A DNA stretch of 64,000 nucleotides, from assembly GCA_951406725.2 (NCBI GenBank), contig OX597818.1, positions 136,462,001-136,526,000 of the forward strand. The letters are read 5' to 3'. Shown piece after piece: positions 12,761 through 26,090 of the stretch. The notes under the pieces were generated by a model, which worked only from the letters and a program-made list of their open reading frames with translations, did no database searches and was not told the origin of the DNA. The DNA is from Octopus vulgaris (taxonomy: Eukaryota). The position numbers and the translations under genes were made by a program. How positions within the stretch are numbered: position 1 is the stretch's first letter; each line of letters starts with the position of its first letter.

Positions 12761-14407
12761 GGTTGCTGCTGTGGGGTTCAATAAAATATGGCACCAACCA
12801 AGAACTGGGGTCAATGCAATCGACTTCCCCACTTCCTTCCAAATTGCTGGACCTTTGTCAAAATTTGAAACTGTTGTTATTGGAGTGATGGGTTATGTAC
12901 TGTCATGCCTGAATCAAATTTTGGCTGGACTTGGAATCATGGACAAAGAATGTAGCTCCATAATTTAGATGATATGATATGATATATCAGGGACCATCAA
13001 AATATACAGGACCTTATGATATGAAGGGTGAGTGATTGCACAAAGGATAATGGAAATAACAAGCCACTGTTTTTTAACAATCTTGTCACTGAACAGGTGG
13101 TTAGGTGGTTGAAAAAATATCAACCACAAAAATACCAATCAGGAAGACAAAACACACACACACACACACAAAAGCATATTCTTGATGAAGCTCTATGAAT
13201 GATTGGTTATTTTGAAGAATTAATGTTAGTGTTAAATTTCTAAAGCAAATCACTTTAAATGATTCCATCTGCTACATGACGGCTGGTTCCTTGCTGTCAG
13301 CTTGATGGTAGTGGCAGTGGTGCTGGTGATGATGGTAATGCTGGTGAGGACACTTGATGGTAGCAGTGCTGGATGGCATAATAATGGTGGTGTTGATGTT
13401 CTGGTGATGGTAGTGCTGGTTGTGGTGGAGGCGGTGGTGGTGGTGATAATGGTAGTGGTAATGGTAATGGTGGTGCTAGTGCTGGTGCTGGACAGGGATA
13501 ATGGTCATGATATTGATGGTAATGATGGTGGACACTGATAATGATGATGATGATGATGATGATGATAATGTTGTTAACATTTGAAATTAATTAAATTGAT
13601 GAATAACCATAAGTTATAAACTGCAATTTAAATGTGGATATTTGAGAAATAAAAATATTTCATTTCAACAAGAACATTCGTTTATTTTTTTTTTACTGCT
13701 CACATTAATTTCATTCCAAGATGATTAAATAAGCAGATCTTTCATTAACGAACAGCAGAATATAACTATCTGTCTGTCTGTCCTTCTTTTACATCCTCTC
13801 TTCAACCCTTTTGCTCTCTCTCCATTTCACACCCTTACCACTATCTTTCTCTCTCTCTCTTCCTTTCTGACATCACTTATTTTCATCCATCCTACTCCTC
13901 CTTCTCCTCCATTTCCTCCCACCCCTTTCAATATTTTTGTCATATTTTTTTATTTATTTATTGGTTTGGTCCAAAGGAAGGGCTTGCATCCATGGCCTTT
14001 GCAGGTTCTCTAGGGCTAGTGAGGTCAGTATGGTTAATGTCCATATTGAACTGTTACAAACTGACAACAGCAAGAACAATATAGACATAGAAGAAATGCC
14101 TAATCTTTGATGTTTTCCTCCTCCTTTCTCTATTTCACTCTCTTTCTATTTCACACTTCTGCTATGCTTTCTCTCTGTCACTTTTTCTCTCTCCTGCACA
14201 CTCTCTCCTTTCATACATCCCATTCTTTCTTTCCACATCACATCCTCGCTGCCTTCTTTTAATCTGGAATAAAATATATAAAAAGAAAATAATAAAAACC
14301 TAATTTATTTTGTTTTATTATTTAAATCAAGAAACGAAAGTGGTTTCATCAGATTATGATTTAGTTTTCATTTGTAACTTAAGCCATCAATTAGGAAACT
14401 AAATGAA

Positions 14408-14449
<42 letters not shown>

Positions 14450-14534
14450 TATATAGTGTGTGTGTGTGTGTATATGTGTGTGTGTATATGTGTGTGTGTG
14501 AGTATATGTGTGAGTGTGTGTATATATATGTATG

Positions 14535-14593
<59 letters not shown>

Positions 14594-14694
14594 ATATATA
14601 TTGCGAGTAATGTGTGGAACTTAACTATGGTCTGTCTATACCACTTATTCAGCATTACCTCACACCTTTGGGTCTCAATGACACCATTACCTCT

Positions 14695-14726
<32 letters not shown>

Positions 14727-15547
14727 CTATTATCATCATCCTCATCATCAGCAGCAACATCTGCCTTCTTTACTATCCATTTCCCATGGGTTGGACAGTT
14801 TGACAGAACTGGTGAGCTAGAGGACAGTGCCAAGCTTCAATTCCTGCTTTGGCATGATTTCTATGATTGGATGCCCTTCCTAGCACCATATATATATATA
14901 TATATATAATTTAAATATATCTACTGTTTTTTTTTTTTTCATTACAAGAATATAACTAGATACTTTGTATGTTTTTAGAGTATGGAAAGAAGCTCCTAAT
15001 GGACCATTTTGCAGTTTGTTGATTGCTAATTTGAGAAAACATATTTGATTTCTTTCATCAATCATTAACATAGGATATTCAACTATATAAAGTAGTCAGA
15101 AAATAAGCTGTTTTGGATAGCTTATTTTATATATTTGTACTTTAGACAGCTGGTCATTAAATAATATATATTTTATTCACAACACTGTGTAAATCTGAAG
15201 GATTGAAATATGTTCATATATTAGAAAGTCATAACTGTGATAATGAACTAACTATATAAGAATGTAAACACATTACTTCTATGCTTTTGCTGTACAATGA
15301 AAAGGTGGGAAGGCTTCTGATGAACTGTTTCAGAGTTTGTTGACTGCTCCTCAGCAGAGATGTACATGATTACCTACCTTTCTTAATCAACTATATAGAA
15401 TAATCAGTCAGGAAAGAAGCTGTAGTGGATAGCTTAATTTGCATATTTATACTTTTGATTGCTCATCATTAATTAAACAATATATATTTTATGTAGACTT
15501 TTGTTGATAGCACCTTTGTACATGGCTTATTACACTCACAAGCCATT

Positions 15548-16045
15548 CATAATAATAATAACAACAACAATAATAATAATAATGAAATTATTGTATACAG
15601 TGCTCAGGTGCACCACAACTTGTCAAAAGTGTGTATAAAGCATATGCAGTAATGTACAAATGTCTGGAAAGTGAACAGTGTATGAGTCAGATACATGCCT
15701 GCATGTGTATGGAGGGGAAAAAATCAGGTGTAGTGTTGGCAAATCTCAGGAAGCATGGAAGTTTTGAAGGATGCAGTGCTCCGACAACTAACAACTGATG
15801 CCAGCAGTTTGTTCCATACTTCAGCAACTCTTAGTGTGAAAAAATGTTTCCGAAAGTCATGGGAGCTGTGCTGTTTTCTGACTTTGTAAACATGTCCACG
15901 GGTGTTAGACAGGTGGAGTTTGAAAAGGTGCTCAGAGTTATTGTTGATAAGATGGTTAATAATTTTATGGGTGTCTGCCAAGTCAGCTGCCAGATGTCGG
16001 AGTTTCAATGTGTCCATGCCCAGGGAAATAAGGTATTCAGAATAT
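15548..16045 (-). mobile_element. CR1/L2-group LINE 3' end (ORF2 C-terminus, 3' UTR, (ATT)n tail)
   Basis: ORF 15724-16080: TLKLRHLAADL..THKI...TRGHVYKV...FRKHFFTLRVAEVWNKL...VV...SFK, typical of the CR1 ORF2 C-terminus. Confidence 0.85.
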
Positions 16046-16250
16046 GGCGTATCCATGCCCGGGGGAAGTAAGGCGTTCATCTACTAGCTTCCTCAATAAC
16101 CAGATGATAGAGCATGGAACCCTGTCAAAAGCCTTCTCTTGGTTCAAGAATACTAGGCACAATAGCTTACTTCCTGTTAAAGATTTCTGACATTGCCTCA
16201 CCAGAAAGATGGCATCAGTGATAATTCTTAGCTCAAAGCTAAGCTGCATC
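16046..16250 (-). pseudogene. RTE-clade RT fragment
   Basis: TDAIFLVRQ...LCLVFLNQEKAFDRVP..IIW matches RT subdomains 2a-3 (DLEKAFDRV). Confidence 0.75.
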
Positions 16251-16309
16251 TTGCTTCAATCAATTCTCTTCCAATGTGTAGTGTTACAACTCCTATATCC
16301 TAGTCTGAC

Positions 16310-17160
16310 TGTTTGATATCTCTGGATCATAAAATCCCATAGGACCTTTGCATTTCTATTTTCGATGATGCCTTTAGGTTTGTGGTAGTACCAATTTTTT
16401 GCTCTGTCAAGTCCATACTTGTTGCAGAGTGTCCAATGGACAAGCCTGGCTATATTGTTGTGGCGTCTCTTATATTCCTTCTGGGCTAGTGGCGTACATA
16501 TGCCATACGGTTTCACCGTTTTGTCCACAGATTCTCCACTTATCACTTTCTGCTGTGTTGTCTATTCTGTATTCTATGTAGTTTGCTCTTAGTGCTTGCT
16601 CTTGGACAGCACAGATTAGAGCCTCCGATTCTGGTTTTAAATCACTTTTAGTCATCCACAGCCATCTTTTTTCTCTGTCTGTCTTATCTTCAACATCTCT
16701 CATGAAATTGACCATGCATTCTTTGCTTTATCCACATATTTTCAGTTTCATTCATTTTCAATTTCTTGTATAGTGCTTTATCTTTGCAATCTTTCATCCT
16801 ACTCAAGCCTGACCTTCCTATCTCTAATAATAGCGGTTCTGTGGCATTTTTTACATACCATGCTATGTTGGTTTCTTCTGCTCTAATGCTGTGTTCGCAT
16901 CCAATAAGTCCTCTTCCCCCTCTTTTTCTTGGTACATACAGTCTGTCTGTGTCATTTCTGGGTGGAGTGACCCATATTTAGTTAGAAACTTCCTTGTCTT
17001 TCTGTCTAAGCTGTTTAGTTCATCTACAGTCCATGCGATTACCCTTGCTCCATATCTAAAGAGTGAAACTGCCCAGGTGTTGATAGTTTTGATCTTATTC
17101 TGTCCATTTAATTTCAACTTAAGGATCAGTCTCAGTCTATGCAAGTACTCCACCTTAAAT
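16310..17160 (-). mobile_element. R4/Dong-like (RLE-type) non-LTR retrotransposon fragment, RT C-terminus and CCHC knuckle
   Basis: LNGQNKIKTINTWAVS..RY, LDRKTRK, EALICAVQEQAL, RICG..GETVWH..C..LAQKEYKRRHN, KVLWDFMIQ; frameshifted; abuts (TAA)n at 17163-17198. Confidence 0.85.
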
Positions 17161-17685
17161 TTTTATTATTATTATTATTATTGTTATTATTATTATTGAT
17201 GCCAACCCTTAGGCAGTCTGATTGACACAATGTATTTCATTTCAACAGCTTCATAAAATTTTTCTATTATTTTTTTAAAAATTAAACATTGACAGGCAAG
17301 GTATGCTTGAAGTTGGTTCTGTAAAATTCTGAAAATTTTCAGTTTTTACTTAAAATTGGATGTGTTTTTGTTGAACTATTTTGACAGTTGTACAGAAAAA
17401 CTTGCTGTTGTTTTTGGTAAAACTTTTTTTATTTCCTTTTTTTATTGATTCTCTCACTGGGAGGAATTATCTTCAAATTTTGTATTTTCAAAATTTATTA
17501 TTTGTTTTAAAATACACACCCTCCAAAATAAAAAAAAAAACCATAAAAAATCATAGATCCTTGTGAAGGAATAATAATGTACCAAAGAGGGACCGAAAGA
17601 GAGTGTAAAAGAAACAGTGAGGAAAGGGAAAGGCAGAGAAATATATAACGAGGCTAGTGTTGTCTTTCATAGTAACATCACTGTT

Positions 17686-17699
17686 GTAGCCATGGCAAC
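17686..17699. promoter_or_regulatory. RFX X-box consensus match GTAGCC-AT-GGCAAC
   Basis: Fits GTNRCC-N2-RGYAAC and lies within a 26 bp near-perfect palindrome in non-repeat DNA. Confidence 0.35.
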
Positions 17700-18299
17700 A
17701 ACAGTCAGTTTTACAGTTGAAACTTTATCAGATTGCGTTGATAAGGTTCACATATAATGTTTGCTGTTGTTGAAAAATAAAAAAAAAATAACAACAACAG
17801 CGAGGAGAACAACAAGAACAAAAGCAACAAATACAATAATGCCGATAGCAACAAGACCAGAGATAAAACTTTGTGTGATCCATTTAATGGTCAAGACAGA
17901 AGCAGTCACTGAACACCAAGAGAGAGCATACGAAAAATATGAATGTGATGTAACTTGTGCTGGGATTATGAAATTTTCAACTGAAGAAGTAAATATCATC
18001 TAGAAAGGAATGATTGTTCAAAATATAGCTAACCCGAGAGTGTAATGGGTGCTTTTATGTGCCACTGGCACGGGTGCTAGTTGCATGACACCAGTATCTG
18101 TCTTGACTACCATTTCACTTGGCTTGATGGGTCTTCTTTGTAGCCCCAGGAGGACACCTCCTCCAGCTGGCTATAGACACACTTTCTGTGCCCTATCACA
18201 GAAAGTGTGTCTATAGCAACAACAGCTTAAGGAAAAGGGACTACAAACACAAACAACTATGGACAATATCCAAGGCTCACAGCTATAGAGCAAGACATG

Positions 18300-18785
18300 G
18301 AGGACCAGAGGCCTAAAGACCCAAACCTTTGGCAGTGTCAATAATCTTGTCCAATGAGTCTACAAGTGCACCAGCTCATCCAAGTCTTTTTAGGATTTCT
18401 GACTTGCAGCTAATGCTGCTATGAATCTCACTGCCAAGATAAGGGAAGTGGTCAGCAACTTTAACATTCTCACCTTCAAGGCAGAGTCTTACAAGAAGCC
18501 AATGAAGGACAAGATATTTGTCTTGACCCAAGAGACTCTAAGGCTCAATGGTTCCACTTCCTCACTGAGTGAAGGGAGAGCACACTTTAAGACATCCAAA
18601 GACTCAACAAGAATAACTGCGTCATCAGCTAAGTCTAAGTCTGTAATCCTAGTTACACTAATGAGTGCACCACAACACGATTGGGTCACCATTTGGCCAA
18701 TTAGGCCGTCTCTGCAGGCATTGAACAGTGTCAGAGCCAAAGCACAACACTGACAAACCCTAGATCTAACTGGGGAAAAAGTCAA
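18300..18785 (-). pseudogene. RTE-clade RT fragment (subdomains 4-6), contiguous with the 118 bp array
   Basis: PVRSRVCQCCALALTLFNAC (=GVRQGCVLAPTLFN), ITDLDLADDAVIL (=FADD), EEVEPLSLRVSWVKT. Confidence 0.85.
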
Positions 18786-21700
18786 ATGTTGAGCCCCCTA
18801 TCTGAACTGTACTGACTGTGCTGGGGTACAGGGCCATCATCAGCTCAATCGAGGAGCTCCAGAACCCTCCAAAGCATATCTCTGTTCACCGAGTCTTAGA
18901 TGTTGAGCCTCCTATCTGAACTGTACTGACTATGCTGGGGTACAGGGCCATCATCAGCCCAATCAATTGAGGAGCTCCAGAACCCTCCAAAGCATATCTC
19001 TGTTCACCGAGTCTTAAATGTTGAGCCTCCTATCTGAACTGTACTGACTATGCTAGGGTACAGAGCCATCATCAGCCCAATAAATTGAGGAGCTCCAGAA
19101 CCCTCCAAAGCATATCTCTGTTCACCGAGTCTTAAATGTTGAGCCCCCTATCTGAACTGTACTGACTGTGCTGGGGTACAGAGCCATCATCAGCCCAATC
19201 AATTGAGGAGCTCCAGAACCCTCCAAAGCATATCTCTGTTCACCAAGTCTTAGATGTTGAGCCTCCTATCTGAACTGTACTGACTATGCTAGGGTACAGA
19301 GCCATCATCAGCCCAATAAATTGAGGAGCTCCAGAACCCTCCAAAGCATATCTCTGTTCACCGAGTCTTAAATGTTAAGCCTCCTATCTGAACTGTACTG
19401 ACTATGCTAGGGTACAGAGCCATTATCAGCCCAATAAATTGAGGAGCTCCAGAACCCTCCAAAGCATATCTCTGTTCACTGAGTCTTAAATGTTGAGCCT
19501 CCTATCTGAACTGTACTGACTATGCTAGGGTACAGAGCCATTATCAGCCCAATAAATTGAGGAGCTCCAGAACCCTCCAAAGCATATCTCTGTTCACCGA
19601 GTCTTAAATGTTGAGCCTCCTATCTGAACTGTACTGACTATGCTAGGGTACAGAGCCATCATCAGCCCAATCAATTGAGGAGCTCCAGAACCCTCCAAAG
19701 CATATCTCTGTTCACCAAGTCTTAGATGTTGAGCCCCCTATCTGAACTGTACTGACTATGCTAGGGTACAGAGCCATCATCAGCCCAATCAATTGAGGAG
19801 CTCCAGAACCCTCCAAAGCATATCTCTGTCACTGAGTCTTAGATGTTGAGCCCCCTATCTGAACTGTACTGACTATGCTAGGGTACAGAGCCATCATCAG
19901 CCCAATCAATTGAGGAGCTCCAGAACCCTCCAAAGCATATCTCTGTCCACTGAGTCTTAGATGTTGAGCCCCTATCTGAACTGTACTGACTATGCTAGGG
20001 TACAGAGCCATCATCAGCCCAATCAATTGAGGAGCTCCAGAACCCTCCAAAGCATATCTCTGTTCACCGAGTCTTAAATGTTGAGCCCCCTATCTGAACT
20101 GTACTGACTATGCTAGGGTACAGAGCCATCATCAGCCCAATCAATTGAGGAGCTCCAGAACCCTCCAAAGCATATCTCTGTTCACTGAGTCTTAAATGTT
20201 GAGCCCCCTATCTGAACTGTACTGACTATGCTGGGGTACAGAGCCATCATCAGCCCAATCAATTGAGGAGCTCCAGAACCCTCCAAAGCATATCTCTGTT
20301 CACCGAGTCTTAAATGTTGAGCCCCCTATCTGAACTGTACTGACTGTGCTGGGGTACAGAGCCATCATCAGCCCAATCAATTGAGGAGCTCCAGAACCCT
20401 CCAAAGCATATCTCTGTCCACTGAGTCTTAGATGTTGAGCCCCCTATCTGAACTGTACTGACTATGCTAGGGTACAGAGCCATCATCAGCCCAATCAATT
20501 GAGGAGCTCCAGAACCCTCCAAAGCATATCTCTGTCCACTGAGTCTTAGATGTTGAACTGCCCCCTATCTGAACTGTACTGACTATGCTAGGGTACAGAG
20601 CCATCATCAGCCCAATCAATTGAGGAGCTCCAGAACCCTCCAAAGCATATCTCTGTCCACTGAGTCTTAGATGTTGAGCCCCCTATCTGAACTGTACTGA
20701 CTATGCTAGGGTACAGAGCCATCATCAGCCCAATCAATTGAGGAGCTCCAGAACCCTCCAAAGCATATCTCTGTTCACCGAGTCTTAAATGTTGAGCCTC
20801 CCTATCTGAACTGTACTGACTATGCTAGGGTACAGAGCCATCATCAGCCCAATCAATTGAGGAGCTCCAGAACCCTCCAAAGCATATCTCTGTTCACTGA
20901 GTCTTAAATGTTGAGCCTCCTATCTGAACTGTACTGACTATGCTAGGGTACAGAGCCATCATCAGCCCAATCAATTGAGGAGCTCCAGAACCCTCCAAAG
21001 CATATCTCTGTTCACCGAGTCTTAGATGTTGAGCCTCCTATCTGAACTGTACTGACTGTGCTGGGGTACAGGGCCATCATCAGCCCAATCAATTGAGGAG
21101 CTCCAGAACCCTCCAAAGCATATCTCTGTTCACTGAGTCTTAAATGTTGAGCCTCCTATCTGAACCGTACTGACTGTGCTGGGGTACAGAGCCATCATCA
21201 GCCCAATCGAGGAGCTCCAGAACCCTCCAAAGCATATCTCTGTTCACCGAGTCTTAAATGTTGAGCCTCCTATCTGAACTGTACTGACTATGCTAGGGTA
21301 CAGAGCCATCATCAGCCCAATCAATTGAGGAGCTCCAGAACCCTCCAAAGCATATCTCTGTTCACCGAGTCTTAAATGTTGAACCTCCTATCTGAACTGT
21401 ACTGACTGTGCTGGGGTACAGAGCCATCATCAGCCCAATAAATTGAGGAGCTCCAGAACCCTCCAAAGCATATCTCTGTTCACCGAGTCTTAAATGTTGA
21501 GCCTCCTATCTGAACTGTACTGACTATGCTGGGGTACAGAGCCATCATCAGCCCAATCAATTGAGGAGCTCCAGAACCCTCCAAAGCATATCTCTGTTCA
21601 CCGAGTCTTAAATGTTGAGCCTCCTATCTGAACTGTACTGACTGTGCTAGGGTACAGAGCCATCATCAGCCCAATCAATTGAGGAGCTCCAGAACCCTCC

Positions 21701-24700
21701 AAAGCATATCTCTGTTCACCGAGTCTTAAATGTTGAACCTCCTATCTGAACTGTACTGACTGTGCTGGGGTACAGGGCCATCATCAGCCCAATCAATTGA
21801 GGAGCTCCAGAACCCTCCAAAGCATATCTCTGTTCACCGAGTCTTAAATGTTGAACCTCCTATCTGAACTGTACTGACTATGCTAGGGTACAGAGCCATC
21901 ATCAGCCCAATCAATCGAGGAGCTCCAGAACCCTCCAAAGCATATCTCTGTTCACCGAGTCTTAAATGTTGAACCTCCTATCTGAACTGTACTGACTATG
22001 CTAGGGTACAGAGCCATCATCAGCCCAATCAATTGAGGAGCTCCAGAACCCTCCAAAGCATATCTCTGTTCACCGAGTCTTAAATGTTGAGCCTCCTATC
22101 TGAACTGTACTGACTGTGCTAGGGTACAGAGCCATCATCAGCCCAATCAATTGAGGAGCTCCAGAACCCTCCAAAGCATATCTCTGTCCACTGAGTCTTA
22201 GATGTTGAGCCCCCTATCTGAACTGTACTGACTATGCTAGGGTACAGAGCCATCATCAGCCCAATCAATTGAGGAGCTCCAGAACCCTCCAAAGCATATC
22301 TCTGTTCACCGAGTCTTAAATGTTGAGCCTCCTATCTGAACTGTACTGACTATGCTAGGGTACAGAGCCATCATCAGCCCAATCAATTGAGGAGCTCCAG
22401 AACCCTCCAAAGCATATCTCTGTTCACCGAGTCTTAAATGTTGAGCCTCCTATCTGAACTGTACTGACTATGCTAGGGTACAGAGCCATCATCAGCCCAA
22501 TCAATTGAGGAGCTCCAGAACCCTCCAAAGCATATCTCTGTTCACCGAGTCTTAAATGTTGAGCCTCCTATCTGAACTGTACTGACTGTGCTGGGGTACA
22601 GAGCCATCATCAGCCCAATCAATTGAGGAGCTCCAGAACCCTCCAAAGCATATCTCTGTCCACTGAGTCTTAGATGTTGAGCCCCCTATCTGAACTGTAC
22701 TGACTATGCTGGGGTACAGAGCCATCATCAGCCCAATCAATTGAGGAGCTCCAGAACCCTCCAAAGCATATCTCTGTCCACTGAGTCTTAGATGTTGAGC
22801 CCCTATCTGAACTGTACTGACTATGCTAGGGTACAGAGCCATCATCAGCCCAATCAATTGAGGAGCTCCAGAACCCTCCAAAGCATATCTCTGTCCACTG
22901 AGTCTTAGATGTTGAGCCCCCTATCTGAACTGTACTGACTATGCTAGGGTACAGAGCCATCATCAGCCCAATCAATTGAGGAGCTCCAGAACCCTCCAAA
23001 GCATATCTCTGTTCACCGAGTCTTAAATGTTGAGCCCCCTATCTGAACTGTACTGACTATGCTAGGGTACAGAGCCATCATCAGCCCAATCAATTGAGGA
23101 GCTCCAGAACCCTCCAAAGCATATCTCTGTTCACTGAGTCTTAAATGTTGAGCCCCCTATCTGAACTGTACTGACTATGCTAGGGTACAGAGCCATCATC
23201 AGCCCAATCAATTGAGGAGCTCCAGAACCCTCCAAAGCATATCTCTGTTCACCGAGTCTTAGATGTTGAGCCTCCTATCTGAACTGTACTGACTGTGCTG
23301 GGGTACAGGGCCATCATCAGCCCAATCAATTGAGGAGCTCCAGAACCCTCCAAAGCATATCTCTGTTCACTGAGTCTTAAATGTTGAGCCTCCTATCTGA
23401 ACCGTACTGACTGTGCTGGGGTACAGGGCCATCATCAGCTCAATCGAGGAGCTCCAGAACCCTCCAAAGCATATCTCTGTTCACCGAGTCTCAGATGTTG
23501 AGCCCCCTATCTGAACTGTACTGACTATGCTAGGGTACAGAGCCATCATCAGCCCAATAAATTGAGGAGCTCCAGAACCCTCCAAAGCATATCTCTGTTC
23601 ACCGAGTCTTAAATGTTGAGCCCCTATCTGAACTGTACTGACTGTGCTGGGGTACAGAGCCATCATCAGCCCAATAAATTGAGGAGCTCCAGAACCCTCC
23701 AAAGCATATCTCTGTTCACCGAGTCTTAAATGTTGAGCCTCCTATCTGAACTGTACTGACTATGCTGGGGTACAGAGCCATCATCAGCCCAATCAATTGA
23801 GGAGCTCCAGAACCCTCCAAAGCATATCTCTGTTCACCGAGTCTTAAATGTTGAGCCTCCTATCTGAACTGTACTGACTGTGCTGGGGTACAGGGCCATC
23901 ATCAGCCCAATCAATTGAGGAGCTCCAGAACCCTCCAAAGCATATCTCTGTTCACTGAGTCTTAAATGTTGAGCCTCCTATCTGAACTGTACTGACTATG
24001 CTAGGGTACAGAGCCATCATCAGCCCAATCAATTGAGGAGCTCCAGAACCCTCCAAAGCATATCTCTGTTCACCGAGTCTTAAATGTTGAGCCTCCTATC
24101 TGAACTGTACTGACTATGCTGGGGTACAGAGCCATCATCAGCCCAATAAATTGAGGAGCTCCAGAACCCTCCAAAGCATATCTCTGTTCACCGAGTCTTA
24201 AATGTTGAGCCTCCTATCTGAACTGTACTGACTATGCTAGGGTACAGAGCCATCATCAGCCCAATCAATTGAGGAGCTCCAGAACCCTCCAAAGCATATC
24301 TCTGTTCACCGAGTCTTAAATGTTGAGCCTCCTATCTGAACTGTACTGACTATGCTAGGGTACAGAGCCATCATCAGCCCAATCAATCAAGGAGCTCCAG
24401 AACCCTCCAAAGCATATCTCTGTTCACCGAGTCTTAAATGTTGAGCCTCCTATCTGAACTGTACTGACTATGCTAGGGTACAGAGCCATCATCAGCCCAA
24501 TCAATCAAGGAGCTCCAGAACCCTCCAAAGCATATCTCTGTTCACCGAGTCTTAAATGTTGAGCCTCCTATCTGAACTGTACTGACTGTGCTGGGGTACA
24601 GAGCCATCATCAGCCCAATCAATTGAGGAGCTCCAGAACCCTCCAAAGCATATCTCTGTTCACCGAGTCTTAAATGTTGAGCCTCCTATCTGAACTGTAC

Positions 24701-24910
24701 TGACTATGCTAGGGTACAGAGCCATCATCAGCTCAATCAATTGAGGAGCTCCAGAACCCTCCAAAGCATATCTCTGTTCACCGAGTCTTAAATGTTGAGC
24801 CCTCCTATCTGAACTGTACTGACTATGCTAGGGTACAGAGCCATCATCAGCCCAATCAATTGAGGAGCTCCAGAACCCTCCAAAGCATATCTCTGTTCAC
24901 CGAGTCTTAG
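18786..24910. repeat. 118 bp tandem satellite, about 52 near-identical copies
   Basis: Unit ATGTTGAGCCTCCTATCTGAACTGTACTGACTATGCTAGGGTACAGAGCCATCATCAGCCCAATCAATTGAGGAGCTCCAGAACCCTCCAAAGCATATCTCTGTTCACCGAGTCTTAA; period 118 (18900, 19018, 19136...). Confidence 0.98.
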
Positions 24911-25114
24911 ATCTGATGGCAGCAGCAGTAATGTATCAAAAAACGGAAAAAAAAAAAAGCCTACAATCACAGCAATTGTTCACCAGTGAACTTCTTCTCA
25001 CCTACATAGGTTTTCTGAAAAGAGAAAGAGTTGTGCATGTGGAGTGGAGACAGTTATGATTAGCCAAGGGCGAAACTCAGACTTGGCTGTCACCTTTTGA
25101 TATAATAAACATAT

Positions 25115-25535
25115 CTCTTTACTCTTTACTCTTTTACTTGTTTCAGTCATTTGACTGCGGCCATGCTGGAGCACCGCCTTTAATCGAGCAACTCGACCCC
25201 GGGACTTATTCTTTTTGTAAGCCCAGTACTTATTCTATCGGTCTCTTTTGCCGAACCGCTAAGTAACGGGGACATAAACACACCAGCATCGGTTGTCAAG
25301 CAATGCTAGGGGGACAAACACAGACACACAAACAAACACACATACACACATATATATATATATACATATATACGACAGGCTTCTTTCAGTTTCCGTCTAC
25401 CAAATCCACTCACAAGGCATTGGTCGGCCCGGGGCTATAGCAGAAGACACTTGCCCAAGATGCCACGCAGTGGGACTGAACCCGGAACCATGTGGTTGGT
25501 AAACAAGCTACTTACCACACAGCCACTCCTGCGCC
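25115..25535 (-). mobile_element. SINE family A, young full-length copy (5' end locally duplicated to 25562)
   Basis: CpG-rich and near identical to 44796-45188; CCACACAGCCACTCCTGCGCCTAT occurs twice. Confidence 0.92.
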
Positions 25536-25659
25536 TATACCACACAGCCACTCCTGCGCCTATCTATTCACTTTATTTAATAATGTAGCAGTTCTACATC
25601 AGATATCTTTTGCACTTTGTAAAACATATATTTGTATATATATTTTACATCTTTCCTTC

Positions 25660-26090
25660 TGTGTGTGAGTGTGTGTGTGTGTATGTATGTATGTATGTAT
25701 GTATGTATACATATATGTGTGTGTGTGTGTATACATATATGTGAGTGTGTGTGTGTATACATATATGTGAGTGTGTGTGTGTATACATATATGTGAGTGT
25801 GTGTGTGTATACATATATGTGAGTGTGTGTGTGTATACATATATGTGAGTGTGTGTGTGTGTGTATACATATATGTGAGTGTGTGTGTGTATACATATAT
25901 GTGAGTGTGTGTGTGTGTGTATACATATATGTGAGTGTGTGTGTGTATACATATATGTGAGTGTGTGTGTGTGTATACATATATGTGAGTGTGTGTGTGT
26001 ATACATATATGTGAGTGTGTGTGTGTATACATATATGTGAGTGTGTGTGTGTGTGTATACATATATGTGAGTGCGTGTGCATGTGTACAC
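25660..26090. repeat. Minisatellite [GTGA(GT)nATACATATAT], ~24-28 bp unit
   Basis: Directly visible. Confidence 0.9.

Noticed and set aside
18786-24910. CRISPR-like or coding repeat interpretation of the 118 bp array
   Set aside because: No unique spacers, eukaryotic context, no cas genes; the unit length breaks frame.
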